A stretch of 64,000 bases of DNA from a virus. The notes below the pieces were generated by a model. It had not been told where the DNA came from and ran no database searches. It saw only the letters and a program-made list of their open reading frames with translations. Location: positions 1 through 64,000 of the IMG/VR virus record IMGVR_UViG_3300028840_002524. One strand, 5' to 3'. How positions within the stretch are numbered: the stretch's first letter is position 1; every line of letters starts with the position of its first letter. The position numbers were made by a program, and so were the translations under genes. Below are positions 12,601-18,300 of the stretch, one piece after another.

Positions 12601-12726
12601 GACGGGGTGAACGTGGTGGTCACCGATGCGGCCAACGGCCAGAAGGAAACGGTGGGCCACTTCAAGAACCCCACCCTGACCGAACTCCTTGGAAAGCTCG
12701 GAGACAACCCGGCATGGAAAGCGTAA
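667..12726 (+). CDS. Giant (4019 aa) multi-module putative internal head/cargo polyprotein
   Basis: Uninterrupted 12-kb ORF with high-GC codon bias. Contains Zn ribbons, an SH3-like module, an ART-like module (HIT...GF...GVS...EAEVF) and a P-loop kinase (GGPGSGKS), separated by Glu-Ser/Ala/Gly linkers. The true start codon is uncertain. Confidence 0.8.
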   Translation: MTRCQACGHPSVSLACTSCGTLAENENGPSLGGGWAPHPYDPVSGICFEMHGKHLLPGDEVRVQLKNGRKATGYVDYASTSKTLYLCKEHTRRTWKRGVWVQFKAEDIASVDIVKLSEGEERPYALTLRSESPVIADWIKEAPERTPGPQHAHENNSRAVTFPFRKGLESKLFRLFEEPIGLGCPYLYRLEPDGILIADVTEETITLWKTNDPGRYLGFDPRENILDHLQKMGKSGVVLLGRKDLRSTVGSDSRSIFENEPTPASVRQRRGGTYRTGGKAGPARTVVRGFRFQVGGKKARGRQAKNKEKQAAAKRVGKRGLARRISAAKKWHRSSRGAAYHRALGDYNRESMKLRSQGLSKRLFENGLDYFFGDPVLWALDSRSQGVRTVAAGDLISGHLSSTPMGVGVNPLGPTGIPDMSTHGENLAYGENSALGEEEWKPSRLGVIKPGMRVVSRVGWVGTVLKVVETSSNPYAVVKWDKTGSTGRHTVTTLHPVEEDMSTHGENSALSASQIREGDSPELLRAIDDFASGITRKKPGGMYGEYIRALGIAMMRGGSGPDAKAWWRADPKGFDPNYASWLQGEIEKLFKQHGQPVKKFTPVSESEDRSGESAGPRSESVAEGSDVVSAVQAAMVPTRPKRMRNPRTGKMGTLRVPREPSFVEDFRPEFPENHEMQRKLAGHITKGASEWREEKAPRVRLPSGWSVKRWTYWRRDFPETPMRKESQALLIAYQGKPVFTLDFQGRSPHALGVVKGSKVERHYGVVQDSTTEFLEDLRDTIEDAGSVGEAVDSVTSFTPVSESVSEAVDYEDPKYEDLVSFLQSAGREALQYPKDKWSSVYFKNVKAHHVAEIDFPAFNAAKRGVRGITKDMYDHALAGAFENLQDEIEGASSFEWGDKEGFIGRDPKTQDYRMFPVDESVSESVNEAVGRDAFHIWHITGASNAKAIQSGGFKPMPTSKGPGVSVAVHPAAARGLLRTAQRMFSFRTFEDMKAWFVEMGADPDDPKWGRVGNEGDPARAYVSAMSLFHPAVGGSATKIPRNEFLWADIGKNLHRQGPPFVAVEVIGSDMDFDAYSGYEALFDKLADAYKRFSPKSIEAEVFLDGRDIGIMNEVWDELYVDINKTPEKIRESLSEGGWWNPKEMSTEELQKELADIERDYGRNLTMSGGAVDRRRGTMINKMREIKRELQSRGVRTESEVMDIGFLQAKDPYTVKYAWKRRGPIKVVTVDGKRAAEEFLASVKRDGGNGMIVKGVKESEGPRSESVVAEEKYGVYRVYVRYGKYGDKKPVPYYLAGTPSSIRELFADPETAEYDEDDNKLMPYKMAWERPARSEESAVTEAKEYVLWGLPKGSKDQIDAKVLLSNGRSMRDIEKVKKLAGRDGWHTFRVQVIDLSKPFDAGAAFAGAVGEAVKGMKNLTFLLNKPEAPIEMRGRSKKGYMAVFKEGKHYKVAHVPTGLVASPPFRLQADAAALAVQIEEELGSKLDFPADRKPTDVLKRIADIVIEYRMGKPFGYWESDEDGVAPLFEGLFESYKAGWMKLTPAEKKTMIEVVRAQYKTRRNVPSQPYRDDYAPMRRAFGVPAALEHSGEELPDHYYEAFRWAWQMVQRGADPDKSIPGKIVYEGLSESGVTVRYMGGERRRGRGGLRGRSMGRGPASYPFEFDRGMEDVVSELRTYLKGKRFKTDNVDSLTFLVGRKGATAAVAWLKDKGVPIDYDLQDMSGPGEAKPFESIQEALPRGFSVEVVQSRKNPDWIKVSVEGDFRGERVYGETQPFHIGISKPTRRLVGQITQAAFKRGEYGKGVPMGLQGKLEAAVLDALEKHAVERGISYAHLEGLAEATRRPKKPRGTKTKKFVMYFPTEQDAIDYARAFGFKPGETREEKLGWTVDVRRGGPAMRSDFIYTEPNPDFETFLRAWVGEHHGPAMADRVADDYLRIFAGAKKPTPFEERQAASMKKLYKDQYGKEPGRVKAPKGSAAAARFRLPRGVRVPGGMYAVGLAAGPNKDYHRGSWNAEVYIPLTFEVVSTTDAAVDAVHRFTGKNDLGGSNFFEPNRPNGTRAARNDRAGIVFDSGGMAVGRVTYGGTFIPADSPGFMREGLEEAGKGRAQVIRGIQAELTKIMKDFERGKYKSQYDDVDAVDVHLQVLNGKWKVWVGEVPASERRKGYWTSEDSWYSVSDGESANDLKVTAEEMFYDLVGRYSGKFEESAPIAEFEPRLKLPADPTDRPRTYKPNRSEKSVIRRTVRDALAVTYFDSVNQAVSTVGDAIGRLGYQFDEPLSGRQPKRPGETGRVALHLQRMTNDPYWPLDLTTGPVQFTFYVMPNGKVEAVGYYTEGAEERPNPVVEGINDPHIFKAVFLAGGPGSGKSFIANQMFKGTGLKFLNSDLAFEHLLTKRDLPFDINPDNEEVYAKQMQARGRAKELTKLRRQLWLDGMLGLVVDGTGKDYDKIAKMATNLKGLGYDTSMVFVNTSLDVAHQRNKDRKRSVPADVVNDSWRQVQSNMGKFQAFFGSKNFKIVDNSKPLDKQGIQELGVNLRRAAMKMTDGPIENPVGQAIVNTLHKTGGKTMSDIANAQTEAAARMHGYLGTFIAEFRGLDSAALRVLLAETTVDAEVREIMELRKDLAKAEAEGDETKVAGIRYALGMAEAALEVAQGEEGLEAEEELQDMGVTFYKEGRPSTVMGPYPTVSAAMLAADRVYPVEIGEPWGDTIDSRQRRETVDGYVETMPWVTAEVLSVEPGVVMYHEGSVGASLDRGLLEGLRTRVRPVADPFLLPEGVTAAQKAVVKDLRKFFKKKKIKVRYKSLATQGPWVEVRVDQGKDFKPWLSGAELKNFPDDIRSTAVQVLGGAPGQLSYGNAQGNMIAMFPERWWDFLTRMGEKVTPVAESVGVMDLSGVQSILKGAGGKIEHAAEKLAELWVNAAGAVALFMSYAQKAGVTVEVARKAAGVLSGMTEAEIEEAMPSWGYTGGTPVGVPRTRGRKTFPSERQIKIAAKQAGTSYEDAWVIARDYFAYAIPINQIIKTHPGMAPAEVTGVVAYLLTKFEQPTGHRREGLVHLSAAITEAWYDVEQRSISRWREATERIGNMLKSKQTVYAITAALDSAAEDAVKEAQTLRGAEKEAFLDLGARYIAIAQTLKASKPYADAMKELLQVEVALDFLEGMLTGEAKNAFEHLIKDGYDTDRFVPVVAVGEEVGQAGLGWTDGEATLWESYVVHRGILESKEYRDKDGVEYEQFSEGGDVYVFNRIFPGSIQIFTPLGEEIRPDTCGVCGSTPAGEMYHGPKLCADCHAVVSEKIKAEKEPREGLHTATAKKWCEEAGVGKRRKSGKDRIENMADILSKAKGKYAEAVSERSVVEVIARQVDKGRITAEVAERLLTEAELPTDVPRRILLPTEPVDHDFETAEAIEDWFEDCRETFRFDSREAMPHGVAYFGENEVVVVAYDHLLSEDARDAVIQAADAQRVWDGLIPVGDASTPFHSLLVREGEADLVRAQGFTTEHRTDLEKRRRVRFIQAGVENFVPGSVKTAYLSDGTEITFGTPTAEKDALLAKAWEEFDGTVSGKDPLEVEEGLFRHYTGAPSGLGEAADAALQKVTALDNATVSEAPALWARLQTEGTRVQSIIFPADKNEKEATEGASALGYTPVEVGKVERNVRVGVREPVVGAPTRALSFGEGITVILQGAQENTVRVYDDPYEPERLLREIALHNLVEGADKVAPMGPRSWALGYPDNSASLLVYFPRHGIARMFTREDLGIRFEGELSEQVTGMPVAPPETEAESMDQKLDSIVRKLVLNGSLDALQDVAFDDDTGSIYLFFSAAITREEAEDITQDLGNEYQQTRLVASPDQSLDGEVGESDWWVVFVPGEDETGAPGEPDPTRWGATKVPEQQPQGLSQFMDKDAVQSIAKGVSLDKAIDALTTESLAEVDFNPLSFALAFAAHHGLDETSLASSPLAPGTVFLTVKNEAGTMKRVDFSAPGVGDGVNVVVTDAANGQKETVGHFKNPTLTELLGKLGDNPAWKA
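1408..1425 (-). promoter_or_regulatory. Reverse-orientation copy of the 18-bp palindrome with its AAAAATTGAACG flank, inside the giant ORF
   Basis: ACTGTCGGTAGCGACAGT followed by CGTTCAATTTTT. Confidence 0.6.
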
Positions 12727-14426
12727 GCAGGCGACTCTCGGCCCGGCGCATGGCTATGGCCGAACGGGTGCATATCCCCCTGGGGTCTCTGGGAGTCCCC
12801 AGGGACGATATGCCCCAGATACGGAGCGACCTTGTTCCCGAATTCCTGCGGTGGCTCACGGCGCAGCGCGTCCCCCACCGCCGAACGCGGGTTCAGGTGG
12901 ACAAGATCAAGGCCACGCAGCGCGAGATCGACATCGACAAGGTGGCCTCGATGGTGGCCTCCGCCCCAGAGAAATCTCTCGCCAAGCCCGTGATCATCTC
13001 AAAGGACTTCTACCTCCTCGACGGGCATCACCGGTGGCTCGCCCTCGTGAACAAGGACCCGGCCTACAAGATCGAGGCCGTCCAGGTCGGCATTCCCATC
13101 TGGAAGCTCCTCGCCTACGCCCGCGAGTTTCCGCAGGCTTCCTACAAGCAGATGGGCGAGGCCGAGGAGCAGAGCGTCTACAAAAAGCGCATGCACAAGG
13201 CGCTCAAGGGGTGGAAGAAGCTTTTCCCCGTCAAGAAGGAGGGCCACAGCACAGTCGGCACCCTCTACTTCGACACGCCCGAGGAGGCGCTCAAGTGGAA
13301 AGAGGATGCGGCCGCGTTCATCGAGCGCATCAAACCCATCGGGGCCACCGAGCGAGCGCCCCAGCTCGTGAAGAAATGGGAGATGCTCAAGGACGATTTC
13401 GAAAAGTGGGTGGGGTGGGAAGACCCTCGCCGCAACCTCTACTCTTTCGAGAAAGCGGCTCGTGACATCGCTTGGACGTTCTGGGATTACCGCAAGGAAC
13501 TCCTCGACGTGTTCATGTATCAGGTCGAGCCCATCGCCGGGCCTCTCGGGCAGTCGGAGCTCAAGGGCAAGCGCGAGATGACCGACGTGAAGCGCATTGG
13601 CCCGTTCCATCTCGGGATGGCGGCCTCCGGGCCCTGGGGGAAACCGCTCGAACCGGATGAGGAGATGATCGCCAATTACAAGCGCCTATCCGACCGGCTA
13701 CCGACCATCGTAGCGAAGCTCAAGCGCAACGGTCTCCTCCAATACATGAAGGGCGTGCGGTTCCGCGTCGAGGAGGCGAAGGGGGAGGCCGGGGCAACAT
13801 ACGACGCCGTGAACAGGATGGTCCACATCAAGAACCGGGCCGACGATCACGCCGTATACCACGAACTCGCCCACCACCTGGAGCACCTGCTGAGGAAGGG
13901 ACAGCTTCACGGCGGAGCACGGCCGTGGCGCGACTGGCGGTTCTGGTTCGAGGGCACTGACGCCAAGTTCACCAAGAAAGACTACGAGGCCGTCGGGATC
14001 CACCCGGGCGAGAATCGCCACATCGAGGGGCGTCTCAAGCGGGCGCAGGTTCCGCAGTACGTGAAAATGTTCGTCAAGGCCGTGCACTACGGCTACTACG
14101 CCGCCCGCTCCCCCGGCGCGGGATGGCGATACACGGATTACATCCCGGCCAAGCACATGGGGGAGGCCCTTCAAGGTCTCATCGGTCGGCCCATCAACAC
14201 GGGGATTCCCTCGGCCTACGGCCACGTGAACGCTGGCGAAGCGTTTTCCGAGACCATGGCCTACTTCATGCTCGGGAAGCTCAAGAAGGGCACCGGTCTG
14301 TGGATGCTCAAGCAGATATTCCCCACCCTCAAGGAGTCCGATGAAAAAGACAGCAAAGAAAAAGAGCGCATCGTCGAAGCGGCCGAGCGGCGCGTCAAGC
14401 ACAGGCGCGAAGCCGAGCGTTCCTGA
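12714..14426 (+). CDS. ParB/Srx-like N-terminal domain fused to a zincin-like (HExxH) metallopeptidase
   Basis: PVIISKDFYLLDGHHRW (ParB-like), VYHELAHHLE, and downstream SAYGHVNAGEAFSE carrying the third-ligand Glu. Start may be 12750 or 12756. Confidence 0.75.
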   Translation: MESVSRRLSARRMAMAERVHIPLGSLGVPRDDMPQIRSDLVPEFLRWLTAQRVPHRRTRVQVDKIKATQREIDIDKVASMVASAPEKSLAKPVIISKDFYLLDGHHRWLALVNKDPAYKIEAVQVGIPIWKLLAYAREFPQASYKQMGEAEEQSVYKKRMHKALKGWKKLFPVKKEGHSTVGTLYFDTPEEALKWKEDAAAFIERIKPIGATERAPQLVKKWEMLKDDFEKWVGWEDPRRNLYSFEKAARDIAWTFWDYRKELLDVFMYQVEPIAGPLGQSELKGKREMTDVKRIGPFHLGMAASGPWGKPLEPDEEMIANYKRLSDRLPTIVAKLKRNGLLQYMKGVRFRVEEAKGEAGATYDAVNRMVHIKNRADDHAVYHELAHHLEHLLRKGQLHGGARPWRDWRFWFEGTDAKFTKKDYEAVGIHPGENRHIEGRLKRAQVPQYVKMFVKAVHYGYYAARSPGAGWRYTDYIPAKHMGEALQGLIGRPINTGIPSAYGHVNAGEAFSETMAYFMLGKLKKGTGLWMLKQIFPTLKESDEKDSKEKERIVEAAERRVKHRREAERS

Positions 14427-15186
14427 GATTCATTCGAAGTCCAGGCTCGTGCCGGTCAAGTCGCTCAAGCCAAACGACTGGAACCCCAACGTCGTGCCCG
14501 ACGATATTCTCGTGTCCATCGTGGCCGGGATTCACAAGCACGGTTTCGTGGGCGCCGTCCTCGTGTGGAAGGGGCGCAACATCATCATCGACGGCGAGCA
14601 CCGCTGGATCGCCGCCAAGAAATCGGGCCTCACCAAGATCCCGATCATCGAACTCGAAGTGGATGAGGCACGAGCGCGGGAGCTCACCATTGCGTTCAAT
14701 CAGAAGCGTGGGTTCTTCGACCCCGACCGTCTGACCGACGTGGTGCAGTTCATCGCCGACAAGACCGACGCGGCCCGCAAGGACCTCCAGGTCATGCTCG
14801 GATTCTCGGCCAAGGAAATCGACGGGATGCTCCACGACGCAGCGAACGAGGCCGAGAAAGAGCTCTCCAAGAAGATCAAAGAGGAGGGAGGAAATCCCAA
14901 GGTCGAAACGCGGCCGCCCCCTCCTCCGCTTCCCCCGCCGCCCGGTGATCCCGAGGACGACGGCGGCGCAGCGGCCGCTGGCGACAGCGACTCCGCCCCC
15001 GGGTACGGCGACGGCGCTCCGACGGAGGAGAACCCAACGGGAAAATTCCCGTTCACGTTTTACGCCCCGTCCATGGACGACTACGAGCGGATGCGTGATC
15101 TCTTCTATTCAGACGGCGAGTTCTCGTTCTCGAAGCTAAACGAAATGCTGGAATCCGCCGTAGAGCATTCACAAGCCGCCGAGTAG
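14341..15186 (+). CDS. ParB-like nuclease-domain protein
   Basis: LKPNDWNPN...IIIDGEHRW motif; Pro-rich linker. Confidence 0.8.
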   Translation: MKKTAKKKSASSKRPSGASSTGAKPSVPEIHSKSRLVPVKSLKPNDWNPNVVPDDILVSIVAGIHKHGFVGAVLVWKGRNIIIDGEHRWIAAKKSGLTKIPIIELEVDEARARELTIAFNQKRGFFDPDRLTDVVQFIADKTDAARKDLQVMLGFSAKEIDGMLHDAANEAEKELSKKIKEEGGNPKVETRPPPPPLPPPPGDPEDDGGAAAAGDSDSAPGYGDGAPTEENPTGKFPFTFYAPSMDDYERMRDLFYSDGEFSFSKLNEMLESAVEHSQAAE

Positions 15187-15261
15187 CGGCTTTCTCGTGG
15201 ATACGGAAAGTAGGCCCCGGTTCCCGGATCGACCGCTGGAAAAAGGTCAAGAAAATTCTGC

Positions 15262-15292
15262 TTGACGCTCCACCAGCGGGACGTTCTACTGT
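15262..15292 (+). promoter_or_regulatory. Putative sigma70-type promoter upstream of the 2049-aa gene
   Basis: TTGACG at 15262 after an A-rich tract; weak -10 candidates TCTACT or TACTGT; intergenic. Confidence 0.35.
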
Positions 15293-15320
15293 ACTGAGAC
15301 CGGGATAAAAAAATTGAACG

Positions 15321-15338
15321 ACTGTCGCTACCGACAGT
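15321..15338 (+). promoter_or_regulatory. Copy of the 18-bp palindrome (operator-like) between the putative promoter and the RBS
   Basis: AAAAAAATTGAACG-ACTGTCGCTACCGACAGT, 30 bp upstream of the GTG start. Confidence 0.65.
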
Positions 15339-15367
15339 CGTGATTTTCTCCGAGTAGGAGGGCTCCC

Positions 15368-18300
15368 GTGCCTGGAAAAGCCACTCTTGCGTTTCGTCTT
15401 TACTGCTCGCTTGCCGCTTCACCGAAGCCCATTAGCGAGTTTACCCTCCTCAACAACACGGACCTTCTGACCGCCCTTCACGAGGCGGGTGCTCACCTCG
15501 AAGCGGATCTCTTCGACGCCCTGAGCGAGGACAGCAAAAGGTGGGTCCGGGACGTGGTTCTCCACATGGAGCCGTTCGACCTCAAGGAGGTCGATCTCAC
15601 CGGCAAAGTGGACTTCGACGAGTTCTGGTCCTTCCCGACCGACGAGGCGGCGCGGAGTTTCGCGTCGGGCCTCCCGGCCACGGTGGACAAGGCTGTTCGA
15701 AACAACCTCGTAGGATTCCGTGGGGTCCTGGATCAGCCCATCGAGCAGCGGGCGATCAAGGCGGGCGGCCAACTGTCCTCCTATCTGGAGTGGCACAGCG
15801 CCGTCAACGTGCAGGACACGCCTGCCCGTCCGATGGAAGCCGACATGAACTTCCCGGCGCGGCTGTGCGCCCGGTACGACCCCCGCGACGTGCGAACGCT
15901 CGCGGCCGAATACCCGGCCGATCACGTGATGCCGCAGCGCGAGAACTTCGCCAAGTTCGTCGAGGCCCTCGGCGCCATCGAGCCCCACGACGACTTCGAC
16001 CCCGTGCTGGAGCGGTTCGTCAAGGTGGCGTGGCCCTCCGAACTCATGGACAACCTCAAGGCCGCGATCCCTTCCACGGGCCTGAACTTCGAGGACCTAC
16101 GGGAGCAGGTGAGCTTCGTGGCGCGGCACCTACCGCGCACCCTCCTGTCCCTGAACCCTTCTGACCTTTCCTCCCACCTGGGCGAGCATCTCGCCCACGA
16201 GCTCGTGGAGTTCATCCACTGGGCGTTCCCGGGTGTTTCCGAAGAGGACCCCGACCCCGAGGGCGACGCCGACGCCGATGGCGAGCAGGAAGCCGACGCC
16301 GAGGGGGATGCGGAAAAGGCCAAGATGGGTGAGTCCGTGCAGATCGAGCCGAACTACGCCCTCGTGTACGTGAGCGGACGCGACGACGTGGCGAAGCTCG
16401 TGGGCCCCGCCATGGCCTCGAAGGAAATGAAAAACTGGACGGACGTGGACGGCCTGTCGAATTGGCTCATGTACGGCCACCGCATCCGCAACGTAGGCGT
16501 CATGCGGCCGAAAGACCTCGGCGGATACGCCATCTACATCCCCAAGAACCAGCTCTCCGACCTCAAGATGGTGTTCGGGGAACTCGGGATCGCGGAATCG
16601 AGCGTCCGGGTAGTGACCGCCGACGACGCCGCAAGCGTGGCGGAAGGGGGCGTCCGAGACACCCTCGGCCGGTGGTACCGCGTGATCAAAGAAGAGCTCT
16701 ACAACACCCTCATGGTCTCCGAAGCCGAGTACGCCCTGGCGTGGCTCGCGCACAAGGCGGGATTCCGCCCGGAGCCGTCCCTCGGCGAGTTCGGCCTCTC
16801 TTCGCAGCAGGCCGCCACCTCCCGCCGGGCAGCCGAGCGCATGCACGACAAGTACCCGGGTTTCGCCGGGGAAAGCGCGGGCGCCGTCAAGAGGCTCGCC
16901 AAGGTGCGGGCCCCTGCCCTCCAGGAGTACAAGCCCAGGAAGGGCAAACACACCCCGAAGCAGCGCAAGCACGGCGGCGGGAACTACGTGTTCCCTCCGA
17001 CCGAGAAGGACCCTTACGGCCGCTACCCCATGACCAACGCGGCCCAGGCCCGCAACGCCCTCGCCCGTGCCGGGGCCTGTGACGAGCAGTCCTCCTGGAT
17101 GAAAATCCGGGGAATCTCCTGCGCGGACCTCAAGAAGAAGGTCGCCAACGCCGCCAAGAAGGACTTCCCGTCCATCGAGGTAGGCGAGCGCGTGGGAGAA
17201 GCGTTCCTCGACAAAAACTGGGTCTCGTACCTGATCCCGGTGGGCGAAACCCCGGCCCTTCACAAGCAACTCCGCGCCATCAACAACAGCCAGATCGTTC
17301 CGAAGCTGGCAAAGAAAGCCCACATCCGCCCCGACATGATTTTCGGGGTAGAGACGCCGGTGGGGTTCCGCATCTTCGTGTACTCCGGGAACAAGGGCGG
17401 CGTCTTGGACATCTTGCAGCAGGCCGGGATCATGGACGCCTACGAAGGGCCATGCTCCCCTCCCGTCCAGGAAGCATATCCCGAGGGCGACACACCTCTG
17501 ACCTTCCTGTTCCGGGGCGTCTCGGCAGACCACGCCCGTGAGTGGGCCGAGGAATGGCAGGGCCTCGGGTACATCACCTCCTTCAACGTCTCTTCCTCCG
17601 GGAACGACACCACCGTCAGTATGATGGCCGGGAACCCGGGGCAGGTCCGGATCGCGGGGCTCATGCTCGGGAACTACATCGAGCCCGACGATCCCGCCTA
17701 CGGCACCCCTTCCGAGGGCGTAGAAGAGAGCCGGTCCTCCGCGCTCACGGCAGTGACCAACTACGCGGGGGTGATCAGCCGCACGGACGGAGAAGGGTAC
17801 GCCGACTTCGCCCACGCGATGGCCGACCACTACCTCTCCGGTGCCGCTCTTCCCGACCCGAAGCTCTGGGCACGGAAGTACGGCGACTTCGACCCCATCT
17901 GGGCCGACCTCGTGGGCGAGAAGGTCCGCGAGATCCTTTCGCAGCACGGCATCAACGTGCGCGAGAGCGTTTCCGAAGCCGTCATGAAGTCCATCGCCTA
18001 CATCGACCTCGACAAGAAGGAGGCGGATCGTCTTCGGGAAGCCTACGACAAGGCGAACCCGTGGGACCCCTCCTGGGGCGAGCAGTACACGATGGAATCC
18101 GACATCGTGGACCTCCTGAACAAGAACGGTCGCTTCGGCGACATGCGGGCGGAGTACGGCAAGGGCAGCGACCGCTACGCAATGCGGCTTTGGGTCGATC
18201 CGAGCCACGTGCGGCAGCTCTCGCGCCTCCTCTCGGCGGCCTACGGGCTGCGCGTGAAGGAAAGCACCGCTCTGGTGTTCGACTCCGAAGCGGTTCTCCA

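Noticed and set aside
12705-12730. Possible -1 frameshift fusing the 4019-aa ORF to the ParB-peptidase ORF
   Set aside because: The frames overlap by 13 nt, but there is no recognisable slippery heptamer; translational coupling explains it.
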